From positions 1-56,656 of the IMG/VR virus record IMGVR_UViG_3300036859_000863: 56,656 nucleotides of DNA, one strand, 5' to 3'. Positions 17,057-25,757 of the stretch are shown here, piece after piece (the first letter of the stretch is position 1; each line of letters opens with the position of its first letter). The notes under the pieces were generated by a model. That model was not told the DNA's origin and made no database searches. It saw only the letters and a list, made by a program, of their open reading frames with translations. Source of the stretch: a virus (taxonomy: Duplodnaviria > Caudoviricetes). The translations under genes were made by a program, and so were the position numbers.

Positions 17057-17451
17057 AGCGTGGCGGGCGACTGCGACGTTCGACGCCGCTGCGGGCGAAG
17101 ACCCAGCTGCGCCGGGCGACCGGACTGGCGCCCATATCGATGAAACGGCGCGATGAGTCGGAGGTACGGGCTGATGTTCGTGACGAGGTGTTCCGCCGGG
17201 ACGGCGGCTGTCTATTGGCCCGCCTCGGCTGGCACTCCTGCCGGGGACCCCTAACTCCGCATCACTTGCAGAAGGCCAGCCGAGGCGGCGTCTACATGGC
17301 TGAGAACCTGGTGACGCTGTGCGCTGCTGGTAACTCATGGGTCGAGGACTATCCGAGGCTGGCGTGGGAGTTGGGCTTGGTGATACGCGCTGGCGACTTA
17401 CCTGACGATGTGGCTAGGCAACGTGAGCGGTATGGATTGATGCCGTGGTGA
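17053..17451 (+). CDS. HNH endonuclease-like protein
   Basis: KR...PL.. basic N-terminus; VFRRDGGC...C...HHLQKASRGG...NLVTLC...N.WVE. Confidence 0.7.
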   Translation: MKRGGRLRRSTPLRAKTQLRRATGLAPISMKRRDESEVRADVRDEVFRRDGGCLLARLGWHSCRGPLTPHHLQKASRGGVYMAENLVTLCAAGNSWVEDYPRLAWELGLVIRAGDLPDDVARQRERYGLMPW

Positions 17452-17609
17452 ACAAGCCGAGCCTGGTGCAACGCTGGGTGCTGCTGCCGGACTACGTCGT
17501 CGAGCGCCTGGAGGCGGCGGCGATGGAGGCGGGCCGGTCGTTCTCGGCGCACGTCCGCGAGGTGCTCGGCGCCTCCGTGAAGCCGGAGGCGGTTGATGTC
17601 GAGGTGTAG
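17448..17609 (+). CDS. Ribbon-helix-helix (CopG-like) DNA-binding protein
   Basis: VQRWVLLPDYVVERLEAAAMEAGRSFSAHVREVL; GTGA overlap. Confidence 0.55.
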   Translation: MNKPSLVQRWVLLPDYVVERLEAAAMEAGRSFSAHVREVLGASVKPEAVDVEV

Positions 17610-17853
17610 GTCGTGCCACCAGCCGGTCGTCTGGGCGGAGACGGACAAGGGCAAGCGGATACCGCTCGACGGCGAGGACCAGGGCGGATTCACGTCGCTG
17701 GCGACGTTCGCCGACGGCAACCTGGTGGCGGTCGGGTCGAAGTTGGGCGAGTACGGGTCGACGCCGATCGTCCGCTACGTGAAGGCCGGCGAGGGTCGAT
17801 ACAGGACGCATTTCAGCTCGTGTCCCGAGGCGAGCGAGTGGCGACGTCGATGA
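17596..17853 (+). CDS. Small Zn-binding phage protein
   Basis: CRSC..PVVWAET..GKRIPLD...THFSSCP.A..WRR. Confidence 0.7.
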   Translation: MSRCRSCHQPVVWAETDKGKRIPLDGEDQGGFTSLATFADGNLVAVGSKLGEYGSTPIVRYVKAGEGRYRTHFSSCPEASEWRRR

Positions 17854-18041
17854 TCGTGTACGTCGTCACGGGTGAGTGTGGGCTGAACGGCCACTGGGTT
17901 GAGGGCGTGTTCTCGACGCGGGTGGAGGCCGAGTACCACGCCCGGCGCATCGACCGCAGAACGACCACGCACAGCATCACCGGCTACGGGGGGATGGAAG
18001 TGGCCGAGGCCGTCATCGACGGCGAGGTGCGAGAACCGTGA
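17850..18041 (+). CDS. Hypothetical protein
   Basis: MIVYVVTGE...VEGVFSTRVEAE; coupled overlaps. Confidence 0.6.
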   Translation: MIVYVVTGECGLNGHWVEGVFSTRVEAEYHARRIDRRTTTHSITGYGGMEVAEAVIDGEVREP

Positions 18042-18469
18042 ACGCCCCCGATCTTCAGTTCGAAGTGCTGGGCGACCCTAAGCCGCAGGGCAGCAAGCGG
18101 GCGTACGTGATGGGTGGTCGGGCGGTCGTGGTCGACGACAACAAGAAGGACCTCCGCGACTGGCGGGCCGACGTCGTCGCCGCGGCGTGCGATGCCCTGA
18201 CCGCCGCGGGCTGGCCGACGTCGCCGCCGGAGGGAGCGTTCGGGGTGCACCTGGTGTTCCGGTTGCGCCGCCCGAAGTCGACGAAGCGACAGTGGCCGAC
18301 GGTGCGACCGGATTGGGAAAAGCTCGCCCGCAGCGTCGGCGACGCACTCAAGACGGCAGGTGTGTACAGAGACGACGCCCAGGTTGTGCGAGGCATCGTC
18401 GACAAGGAGTACGGCGACCGGCCGGGCGTGCTCATCAAGATCTATGACTACGAAAGGAACCAGATGTGA
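18038..18469 (+). CDS. rusA: RusA-family Holliday junction resolvase
   Basis: G.PKPQGSKR, PTVRPDWEKLARSVGDAL and YRDDAQVV. Confidence 0.85.
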   Translation: MNAPDLQFEVLGDPKPQGSKRAYVMGGRAVVVDDNKKDLRDWRADVVAAACDALTAAGWPTSPPEGAFGVHLVFRLRRPKSTKRQWPTVRPDWEKLARSVGDALKTAGVYRDDAQVVRGIVDKEYGDRPGVLIKIYDYERNQM

Positions 18470-18813
18470 AGAAGTTCGAGGGCAAGGATGTGGTAGCGGT
18501 CGGGCTGGAGATCCCGGGGGTGGCGGGGGGTTTGCAGCGGGCGATTCGGGTGGAGCCGCGGGAGTTCACGCAGGGCGAGCGGGCGTGGGCGTGCTTCGAG
18601 CTGGTGTGCCAGAAGGTGCGCTACCAGCCGATCGACCGGGAGAATCCGGGCGGCCCGCAGGAGAGGGTGCACGTGTTCGTCGCGGACGGGGCGACGTTCG
18701 TCGACGAGAGCCTGGTCCGCGACCATCTCGACAAGCAGCGGATCATGCTGGAGGAGGCCGCGGGGGTACACAGGCTGGACTTCGAGGACGACGACGAGGC
18801 CGAGGATGCCTAG
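18466..18813 (+). CDS. Hypothetical protein
   Basis: AAGGA SD; coupled; plausible globular sequence. Confidence 0.65.
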   Translation: MKKFEGKDVVAVGLEIPGVAGGLQRAIRVEPREFTQGERAWACFELVCQKVRYQPIDRENPGGPQERVHVFVADGATFVDESLVRDHLDKQRIMLEEAAGVHRLDFEDDDEAEDA

Positions 18814-18973
18814 CGAGCAGGCGTTCGAGGCGCGCTGCAAGGCGCTCGACGTGGCGTTAGAGATCCACTATCGGAAAGCCGGTCAGGGGACGGTCGAGCC
18901 GGCGTCGAAGCTGCTAGCCGACGCCCGCGAGATCGAGGAGTATCTGACGCGTCGGGAGAGGGTCGAGCAGTGA
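18806..18973 (+). CDS. Small hypothetical protein
   Basis: MPSEQAFEARCKALDVALEIH...LLADAREIEEYL; fills the operon gap. Confidence 0.5.
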   Translation: MPSEQAFEARCKALDVALEIHYRKAGQGTVEPASKLLADAREIEEYLTRRERVEQ

Positions 18974-19212
18974 GCGCATCCGAGGATGATATGGACGGCC
19001 TCAAGTCGCTGCCCAGCGACGTGTTACTGCTGTGGGTAGGGCAGTTGTCGGAGCAGATCCGGGACGCGGAGGTGGCGCAGGAACACCGTCGGGACGTAGC
19101 AGCGGAGCTGATGCGCAGGCGGGTGGGGGCGAAGCGGATCGCCGAGGCGTGCGGTCTGTCGGTGCACGCCGTGCGCCGGTGGCTGTTCCTGCGGTCGAAG
19201 GCCGAGGACTAG
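18970..19212 (+). CDS. HTH DNA-binding protein
   Basis: VGAKRIAEACGLSVHAVRRWL helix-turn-helix; lies directly upstream of the operator-containing promoter. Confidence 0.7.
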   Translation: MSASEDDMDGLKSLPSDVLLLWVGQLSEQIRDAEVAQEHRRDVAAELMRRRVGAKRIAEACGLSVHAVRRWLFLRSKAED

Positions 19213-19214
19213 AT

Positions 19215-19244
19215 TTGCTATCGCGGTAGCAATCGTGGTACGCT
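19215..19244 (+). promoter_or_regulatory. Sigma70-like promoter overlapped by palindromic operator
   Basis: TTGCTA(-35)-N18-TACGCT(-10) with TG extension; palindrome TTGCTA-N6-TAGCAA at 19215-19232. Confidence 0.65.
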
Positions 19245-19288
19245 GGTTCCTGTCGGGGCGAGCCCGGCACCTACCCCAGGGAGACGAG

Positions 19289-19549
19289 ATGGACCTACAC
19301 GAGATCGAGGAGCGTGAGTTCGGCCGCGGCCCCCGCCTGTGGGACGCCGACCCCGACGTGTGCTGCGCCGCCTTCCAGCTCGGGGCGTGCGAGCACACCG
19401 AGTACTTCGACGAGGAACGCGATCTCGACGAGCTGCTGGCCAGCCTGACGCCGGTCGCCGTCGAGGTGCTCGGCGTCGACGAGGAAGGCGAGGAGCCGGC
19501 GTGGGCGTTCCAGTACGACACCCGCAGCGAGGAAGCGGGCGAGCGGTGA
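19289..19549 (+). CDS. Acidic hypothetical protein
   Basis: CTACCCC-AGGGAG leader; CC...C.H motif. Confidence 0.6.
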   Translation: MDLHEIEEREFGRGPRLWDADPDVCCAAFQLGACEHTEYFDEERDLDELLASLTPVAVEVLGVDEEGEEPAWAFQYDTRSEEAGER

Positions 19550-19815
19550 TGGCTGGCTACGTGAACGAGCACGAGGCGGCGTCTAGGACGATGAAGGTCC
19601 TGCGGCTGGTCGAGGCGATCGACTACCAGGTAGGCCACTACGACCCACGGGACGTGTCGACGGTCGTCTCCCGGCTGACCGACGCCCAGTGGCGGGGTCT
19701 GGCGATCGTGGCGGGAGTGCGGCCGCCGGGGCCAGAGACGCGTCGGCTGGTGGCGCTGCACTTCCTGAAGCGGGCCGAGCAAGCGAAGGCTGATCCTTTT
19801 GAGGGGCTCGGATGA
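19549..19815 (+). CDS. Hypothetical protein
   Basis: TGATG coupling; ends DPFEGLG. Confidence 0.6.
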   Translation: MAGYVNEHEAASRTMKVLRLVEAIDYQVGHYDPRDVSTVVSRLTDAQWRGLAIVAGVRPPGPETRRLVALHFLKRAEQAKADPFEGLG

Positions 19816-20033
19816 GCGTCGATAGGGAGTCGTTCACCGAGCCGTGGACGGACGACGAGAACGCCGCCTACGACGCCCACTTCTTCCCGGAGGGCGAGCC
19901 GGGGGCGCTGTGCCCGGCGTGCGGGTTCGGGGTCGACGAGCACGAGCTGGCGACCGACGAGGACGACGGGGGCCGCGAGTTCACCTATCAGCGGTGCCCG
20001 GAGCGGCCCGACCTGCGGATAGTGGAGTCGTGA
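19812..20033 (+). CDS. Small CxxC protein
   Basis: ATGA coupling; CPACG...H...CP. Confidence 0.55.
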   Translation: MSVDRESFTEPWTDDENAAYDAHFFPEGEPGALCPACGFGVDEHELATDEDDGGREFTYQRCPERPDLRIVES

Positions 20034-20776
20034 GCGCGTACGGTGTGTTCTCGCGGGTGGTCGGGGACCGCGCCCCGGCTTCCCGTCGGGCAGGTCGCGG
20101 TCGTCGTGTGATCCCCTCCGAGGGCCGCGAACCTGCCCCCCGACGGCGAGCCCTTCCGTTCGCCGAGACGCTCTTCGTGCTCGCCGCGGCGGGCGTACTG
20201 ATGTTCACGTTCGACGCACCGACGGCGTCCGAGCCTCGCTCGTTCGGTTACACGTCTTTGCCGCCGCAGGCCGCAGCCGCGCCGCCCGCATCGACGATCA
20301 CCACGACCCCGGCGCCCGTCACAGCAACGACGGTCGCGCCGACGACCACGTCGGTTCCGCCGCCGGTGGAGCCTGAGGCGGTCGTCGCCGAGACGGTTCC
20401 GCCGTCGGGCTGCGAGGCGGCCGTCGAACGGGTCGCCGGCCGGGCGGGGGTGCCGGCGGGTTGGACGATCGAGTGCGACCCTCGCGACACCGGGCATCGG
20501 GGCGAGGCCTACCTGCGTGAGGACCGGATCGTGGTCTACTGGAACGAGTCGGCCCACGAGTACGACCTGACGGTGGCTCACGAGCTGGGCCACGCCTGGG
20601 ACAACTACCAGATCCAGTCGGAGGCGCCGGGCGCCCCGGCGGCGCGGGCGGCGCGCGAGGCGTGGCTGGGGCGGCCGATGACCGACGACGAGTGGCGAGG
20701 CTGGTACCGGTTGTTCGGAGAGCGGTACGCCGAGCATCTGGCGGCGACGTGGGGCTATCCGGGGGCGGGGCACTGA
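20030..20776 (+). CDS. Membrane-anchored Zn-metallopeptidase-like protein
   Basis: TM segment, P/T-rich linker, VAHELGHAWD (HExxH) and a downstream ERYAE. Confidence 0.65.
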   Translation: MSAYGVFSRVVGDRAPASRRAGRGRRVIPSEGREPAPRRRALPFAETLFVLAAAGVLMFTFDAPTASEPRSFGYTSLPPQAAAAPPASTITTTPAPVTATTVAPTTTSVPPPVEPEAVVAETVPPSGCEAAVERVAGRAGVPAGWTIECDPRDTGHRGEAYLREDRIVVYWNESAHEYDLTVAHELGHAWDNYQIQSEAPGAPAARAAREAWLGRPMTDDEWRGWYRLFGERYAEHLAATWGYPGAGH

Positions 20777-22245
20777 TGGCCGGGTTCACACCGACGGCCG
20801 AGCAGGAGCAGGTGATCGACCTGTTCTCGACGGAGCGGGACGTGGCGGTGCAGGCGCTGGCCGGGACCGGTAAGACGAGCACAATCGAGCTGCTGGCCCG
20901 TTCGACGCCGCGGCGGGGCCGCTACCTGGTGTTCAACAAGGCGGCCTCGAACGACGCGGCGGCGCGCATGCCGCTGTCGATGGAATGCTCGACGATCCAC
21001 AGCCTGGCGTTCCGGGCGTACGGCCACCGATTCTCGCACCGGCTCGGCGGCGGGCGGGTGCAGTCGTGGCGGCTGGCGCAGCTGATGGGGATCGACCCGT
21101 TCATGGTGACGGTCGACGACCGCAACAAGCTGCTGCAGCCGAGCATGCTCGCCAGCTGGACGATCCGGGCGCTCAAGGTGTTCTGCCAGTCGGGGGACGA
21201 CGAGCCGTCGTGGCGGCACTTCCCGTACCTGGAGGGGATCGACGACCACCCGGAGCCGGGCGTGAAGGGCTACCGCAACAACCGGGCGCTGGCGAAGGCG
21301 TTGGAGCCGAAGCTGGCCGAGGCGTGGGAGGACTGGCAGTCCCCCGGCGGGAAGCTCCCCTACGATCACTCGGCCTATCTGGCCGGGTATGTGTTGGGCG
21401 ACCCGAGGGTGCCGGTCGACTACATCGCGGCCGACGAGTTCCAGGACCAGTCGGGCCGCATGCTGCAGCTCGTCGCCTACAACCAGGCGCGGGGCGTCCA
21501 GCTGGTGGCGACGGGCGACGTACAGCAGCACCTCTACGGGTTCACCGGAGCGGTCGACGGGTTCGAGCGGCTCGACTTCGCGGCGACGGGCTGGCTGACG
21601 GGGAGCTTCCGGTTCGGGCAGGGCCTCGCCGACGTCGCCAACCTGGCGCTGCGCAAGCTCGGGTCGCAGGCGATGCTGCAGGGCCTGGCGGCGCACGACT
21701 CGACGGTGGGCGAGGTGGAGGACCCGCGGGCGGTGCTGTGTCGTACGAACAGCGGGGCGGTCGAGCAGGTGTTGAAGCTGCGCAAGCGGGGACTGCGGCC
21801 GCATCTGGTGGGCGGCGCGGCGGAGGTGGTGCGGTTCGCGAAGGCCGTCGCCGATCTCCAGGAGGGCCGCAAGACCTACCACCCGGAGCTGGCGTGTTTC
21901 GATTCGTGGGCGCAGGTGATCGAGTACACAGAACAGGACCCGAGCGGGGATGAACTCAAGCTGATGGTCGATCTGGTGAGGGAGTACGGGGTGCAGATCA
22001 TCTGCGACGCTCTCGACGGACTGCCGGCCGAGGAGTACGCCGACGTGATCGTGTCGACGGTCCACAAGTCGAAGGGGCGGGAGTGGGAGACGGTGCGGCT
22101 GGCGGGCGACTTCCAGGAGCCGTCGCCGGGACCGGAGGGTGCGCCCGAGTGGCGGGTAGGCTACGTGGCCTGTACTCGGGCGAAGCGGGTGCTAGACCCG
22201 AGGGCGTGCGGCCCGGTACAGGCGCTGATCGGCGGGGCGGCGTGA
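20776..22245 (+). CDS. UvrD/SF1-like DNA helicase
   Basis: Motifs QALAGTGKT, YLVFNK, STIHSLA, ADEFQD, GDVQQHLYGF, SFRFG, STVHKSKGREW and YVACTRAK. Confidence 0.9.
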   Translation: MAGFTPTAEQEQVIDLFSTERDVAVQALAGTGKTSTIELLARSTPRRGRYLVFNKAASNDAAARMPLSMECSTIHSLAFRAYGHRFSHRLGGGRVQSWRLAQLMGIDPFMVTVDDRNKLLQPSMLASWTIRALKVFCQSGDDEPSWRHFPYLEGIDDHPEPGVKGYRNNRALAKALEPKLAEAWEDWQSPGGKLPYDHSAYLAGYVLGDPRVPVDYIAADEFQDQSGRMLQLVAYNQARGVQLVATGDVQQHLYGFTGAVDGFERLDFAATGWLTGSFRFGQGLADVANLALRKLGSQAMLQGLAAHDSTVGEVEDPRAVLCRTNSGAVEQVLKLRKRGLRPHLVGGAAEVVRFAKAVADLQEGRKTYHPELACFDSWAQVIEYTEQDPSGDELKLMVDLVREYGVQIICDALDGLPAEEYADVIVSTVHKSKGREWETVRLAGDFQEPSPGPEGAPEWRVGYVACTRAKRVLDPRACGPVQALIGGAA

Positions 22246-22712
22246 CCGCCTTCGTGTGGGACGACGGCGGCCGTGCCGCCGCGGGCTTCGCCGGCGTTCA
22301 CCGGCAGGACTGCGTGGCTCGGGCGATCGCGATCGCCACCGAGTTGCCGTACCGGCAGGTATACGACGCGCTGAACGAGGCCGCCCAACGCGAGCGGCCC
22401 CGGCAGGGCCGCCGGCGGTCGAGCGCCCGCACCGGCGTCTATAAGGCGACGATCCGCCGGTACCTGTCCGACCTGGGCTGGCGGTGGACGCCGACCATGG
22501 CGATCGGGTCGGGCACGACCGTGCACCTGCGGGCCGACGAGCTGCCGGCGGGGCGGCTGGTCGTGTCGTGCTCGCGGCATCTGGTGGCGGTCGTCGACGG
22601 CGTGGTCCACGACGTGGACCCGGAGGTCGACCGGGACGGCACCCGCTGCGTGTACGGCTACTGGGAGGCACCGCAGGTGGACGTCGACGCGCAGGTAACG
22701 TTAGAGCGATGA
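22242..22712 (+). CDS. Conserved phage protein (DGGR...DCVARAIAIA family)
   Basis: DDGGRAAAGF...DCVARAIAIA...H L.AVVDGVVHD...R.GTRCVYGYW; Cys/His/Asp layout suggests a papain-like peptidase fold (inference). Confidence 0.7.
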   Translation: MTAFVWDDGGRAAAGFAGVHRQDCVARAIAIATELPYRQVYDALNEAAQRERPRQGRRRSSARTGVYKATIRRYLSDLGWRWTPTMAIGSGTTVHLRADELPAGRLVVSCSRHLVAVVDGVVHDVDPEVDRDGTRCVYGYWEAPQVDVDAQVTLER

Positions 22713-23428
22713 CGTCGACCGATCAGCTGCCTCGCTGGATCGAGTACGTCGCCCTCGACGAGCTGCGGCCGCACCCGGACAACCCGAAGGCGCATGACGT
22801 CGAGGAGCTGCGGGCGTCGATCGATCGGTTCGACTTCACCGAGCCGCACCTGGTCGACGAGCGCACCGGGTTGCTCATCTCTGGCCACGGGAGGCGGGAG
22901 GTCCTACTGCTGCTTCGCGACGAGGGCGCCGACCCTCCGGACGGGGTACTGTCGGCGTCGACGGCGAACGGGGCGTGGTCGGTGCCGGTGGTGCGGGGCT
23001 GGTCGTCGCGAGACGACGCCGAGGCGAAGGCGTACCTGGCGGCGGCGAACCAGCTGACGACGAGGGGCGGCTGGGACGACCGCGGCCTGCTGACGCTCTT
23101 AAACGACTTGTCGGCCGGCCCGGGTCTGGTCGGCACCGGGTTCGGCGGCGAGGACGTCGAGCGGCTGACGCGGCTGATCGACGCGATCGACTGGGAGGCG
23201 GGGGAGGGCACGAACCCGTACGACGAGTGGCGCGGCATGCCCGACTACGAGTCAACAGACCGGACGGCGTTTCGGGCGATCCTCGTGAACTTCGCTAGCG
23301 CCGCCGACGTCACCCGTTTCGAGGAGGCCCTCGGCGTGTCGCTACCCTCTAAGGACCGGTCGATGTGGTACCCGGCGAAGGAGAAGCTCGTCGCCGTAGA
23401 CCAGCAGTGGGTATCCGAGGGCGGCTAG
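22709..23428 (+). CDS. ParB/Srx N-domain protein associated with DNA-modification glycosyltransferase
   Basis: LRPHPDNPKAHD, LISGHGR, AANQL...GGWD; C-terminal EWRGMPDY...VNF...SMWYP module; TAACGT -10 ends 7 nt before the ATG (leaderless). Confidence 0.75.
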   Translation: MTSTDQLPRWIEYVALDELRPHPDNPKAHDVEELRASIDRFDFTEPHLVDERTGLLISGHGRREVLLLLRDEGADPPDGVLSASTANGAWSVPVVRGWSSRDDAEAKAYLAAANQLTTRGGWDDRGLLTLLNDLSAGPGLVGTGFGGEDVERLTRLIDAIDWEAGEGTNPYDEWRGMPDYESTDRTAFRAILVNFASAADVTRFEEALGVSLPSKDRSMWYPAKEKLVAVDQQWVSEGG

Positions 23429-24307
23429 GTGCGGCCCCGCTATCCGATCTACATCCCGTCCCGTCGGCGGGCTGATTCTCGGCTGACTGTCCGGCTCCTG
23501 GAGTCGATGGGCGTCCCGTTCACGGTCGTAGTCGAGGAGGACGAGGCCGAGGAGTACCGGGCCGTGGTACGAGGCGGCGATGTCCTCGTACTCGATCCCC
23601 GATACCAACGGGCGTACGACCCATGCGTCGACCTGCAGCCCGGCGAGTCGAAGGGCTCGGGACCAGCCCGGAACTTCATCTGGGATCACGCCGCGGCCTC
23701 CGGAGCGGAGCGCCACTGGGTCATTGACGACAACGTCCGGAACCTCTACCGGATCCACCTCAACCGCAAGCTGCGGGTCGGCGACGGGACTGGGTTCCGG
23801 GTGATGGAGGATTTCGTCGACCGTTACCGCAACGTGGCGATAGCGGGGCCGAACTACGAGGCGTTCGACCAGACAGGGGGTCGGCCGCCATTCCAGATGA
23901 ATACCCGGATCTACTCGTGCATCCTCCTAAAGACCGACCTCCCATACCGCTGGCGGGGCCGCTACAACGAGGACACCGACCTGTCGTTGCGGGTTCTCAA
24001 GGACGGGTGGTGCACGGTCCTCTTTAACGCCTTCCAGCAGGACAAGATCGCTACCCAACGGATGCGCGGCGGGAACACCGACGAGGTGTACGCCGACGGG
24101 ACGACGGCGAAATCGCTGATGCTCGTGCGCCTCCATCCTGACGTGGCGAAGCCAGCTATGCGGTTCGGGCGCGAGCACCACTATGTGGACTACCGGCGAT
24201 TCCGAAATCAGCGGCTGCTCCTCCGTGAGGACGTCGAGATCTCGGACGGCCCGGATAACTACGGGCTCGAACTCGTCGAGCGCGACCCGAAACTCGGCCA
24301 ACGATGA
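23429..24307 (+). CDS. TET-associated/GREB1-like (TAGT) GT-A glycosyltransferase
   Basis: Motifs PRYPIYIPSRRR, GPARNFIWDHA, HWVIDDN, NTRIYSCILL, WRGRYNEDTDLSLRVLKDGWCT, MRGGNT and HHYVDY. Confidence 0.8.
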   Translation: MRPRYPIYIPSRRRADSRLTVRLLESMGVPFTVVVEEDEAEEYRAVVRGGDVLVLDPRYQRAYDPCVDLQPGESKGSGPARNFIWDHAAASGAERHWVIDDNVRNLYRIHLNRKLRVGDGTGFRVMEDFVDRYRNVAIAGPNYEAFDQTGGRPPFQMNTRIYSCILLKTDLPYRWRGRYNEDTDLSLRVLKDGWCTVLFNAFQQDKIATQRMRGGNTDEVYADGTTAKSLMLVRLHPDVAKPAMRFGREHHYVDYRRFRNQRLLLREDVEISDGPDNYGLELVERDPKLGQR

Positions 24308-24312
24308 AACTG

Positions 24313-24344
24313 TTTGCTATCGACGTAGCAAAGCGTGTTAGAGT
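24313..24344 (+). promoter_or_regulatory. Promoter with palindromic operator
   Basis: TTTGCTA-N6-TAGCAAA palindrome covering the -35; extended -10 TGtTAGAGT. Confidence 0.65.
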
Positions 24345-24351
24345 GGTATCT

Positions 24352-24512
24352 GTTCAGCAACGAGCAGTGAAGCCGCTCGGAGGTGAGAGCCCGCCGGAAG
24401 GAGGAACCTACGAAGGTTCCGAGCAATACGGGACGGGGAGGCGCACACATCCGGCGAGGTAATCATCGCCCGCAAGGGGGGACTACCCGGCCTCTCCTGC
24501 TCGGCGCTGAAT
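24352..24512 (+). ncRNA. Putative ~160-nt structured RNA / 5' leader
   Basis: Nested pairings GUUCAGC/GCUGAAU, CGAGCAG/CUGCUCG, GCCG/CGGC, CGCCGGA/UCCGGCG and GGAACCU/AGGUUCC, plus a CCC-GCAA-GGG hairpin; starts ~7 nt after the -10 box. Confidence 0.6.
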
Positions 24513-24545
24513 GAATCGATAACTACCCCCAAGGAGATTCTCACG

Positions 24546-25757
24546 ATGGAACTATCAACCCGTAACGCCAGCCTCGACGACCTCGTCGGGCTGCTTACCG
24601 ACCAGCACGCCCGCAAGCTCGACATGGTCGTCCCGGCGTCGGCGGTCCACGCCTACAACGGGAACCTCGTCGTCGAGGGCGCCGACCCGGTGATCGAGGC
24701 CGACGGCGTCACGACCGCCGACGGCTGGTACCGGCCGACCGAGGTGTGTGACGAACATTTGGCCGACAAGCTCGGGATCCCGCTCGCCTATCTGCGTCGG
24801 ACGCGGTTCGAGCGCACCGACCTGTGGGACGCCAACGTCGAAGGCTGGCTGCAGGGCTCGCAGGGCCGCGGCCGCCACTCCGCCGAGGGCGGCAGCCCGG
24901 CCGACCCGCGCTCGTTCCTGCTGCGCACGTTCCAGCACTCGGTGCCGGGCGAGGCAGGCGTGGCCCGCGCCTTCCTGTCGGACCGGTTCGGGATCATCGA
25001 CAACCTCGACGTACTGACGGCCGCCCTCGAAGGGGTGCGCGACGCGGGCGTCGAGGTCGTCGTCGACGGCTGCGACCTGACCGAACGCAAGATGCAGGTC
25101 CGGGTGGTCGCCCCGGCGATCCAGGCGTACGCGCCGACGCTGCTCGCCGGCTATCGCAGCCCGAACTCGGGCTGGACGGTGGACCGGGCCCGCGAAGTGG
25201 CGGCCCGCGAGGGACAGGGGTTCGTCGGGGGCGAGCCGATCGTGTTCGCCGGGTTCGTGATCTCGAACAGCGAGACCGGGGGCGGGGCGTTCTCGATCGT
25301 GCCGCGCTGCGTCGTGCAGGTGTGCAAGAACGGGTTGACGTTCACGATGGACGCCCTCCGCCAGGTGCACCTGGGCGGCAAGCTCGACGAGGGAGTGGTG
25401 CGCTGGTCGTCGGAGACGGCGCAGCGGTCGCTGGAGCTGGTGGCGTCGAAGGCGAAGGACGCGGTGACGACGTTCCTGGACGTCGACTACGTGCAGGGCA
25501 AGCTCGACGAGATCGAGGCGAAGGCCGACCGCGAGGTGACCGAACCGCAGAAGACGATCGAGACGATCGGTAAGCGGCTGCGCTTCTCGCAGGAGCGCAT
25601 CGACTCGGTGCTCGGCCACTTCATCCGAGGCGGCCAGCTCACCGCCGGCGGGGTGCTGAACGCGGTGACGGCGGCGGCGCAGGACGTCGCCGATCCGGAC
25701 GACGCGTTCGAGCTTGAGGTGGCGGCGCTGCAGGCGTTCGAGCTGGCAGCGTCGTGA
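24546..25757 (+). CDS. DUF932-like phage/plasmid protein
   Basis: KLGIPLAYLRR, ARAFLSDRFGIIDNLDVL, GFVISNSETGGGAFSI.PR...VCKNG and H.G. Confidence 0.75.
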   Translation: MELSTRNASLDDLVGLLTDQHARKLDMVVPASAVHAYNGNLVVEGADPVIEADGVTTADGWYRPTEVCDEHLADKLGIPLAYLRRTRFERTDLWDANVEGWLQGSQGRGRHSAEGGSPADPRSFLLRTFQHSVPGEAGVARAFLSDRFGIIDNLDVLTAALEGVRDAGVEVVVDGCDLTERKMQVRVVAPAIQAYAPTLLAGYRSPNSGWTVDRAREVAAREGQGFVGGEPIVFAGFVISNSETGGGAFSIVPRCVVQVCKNGLTFTMDALRQVHLGGKLDEGVVRWSSETAQRSLELVASKAKDAVTTFLDVDYVQGKLDEIEAKADREVTEPQKTIETIGKRLRFSQERIDSVLGHFIRGGQLTAGGVLNAVTAAAQDVADPDDAFELEVAALQAFELAAS

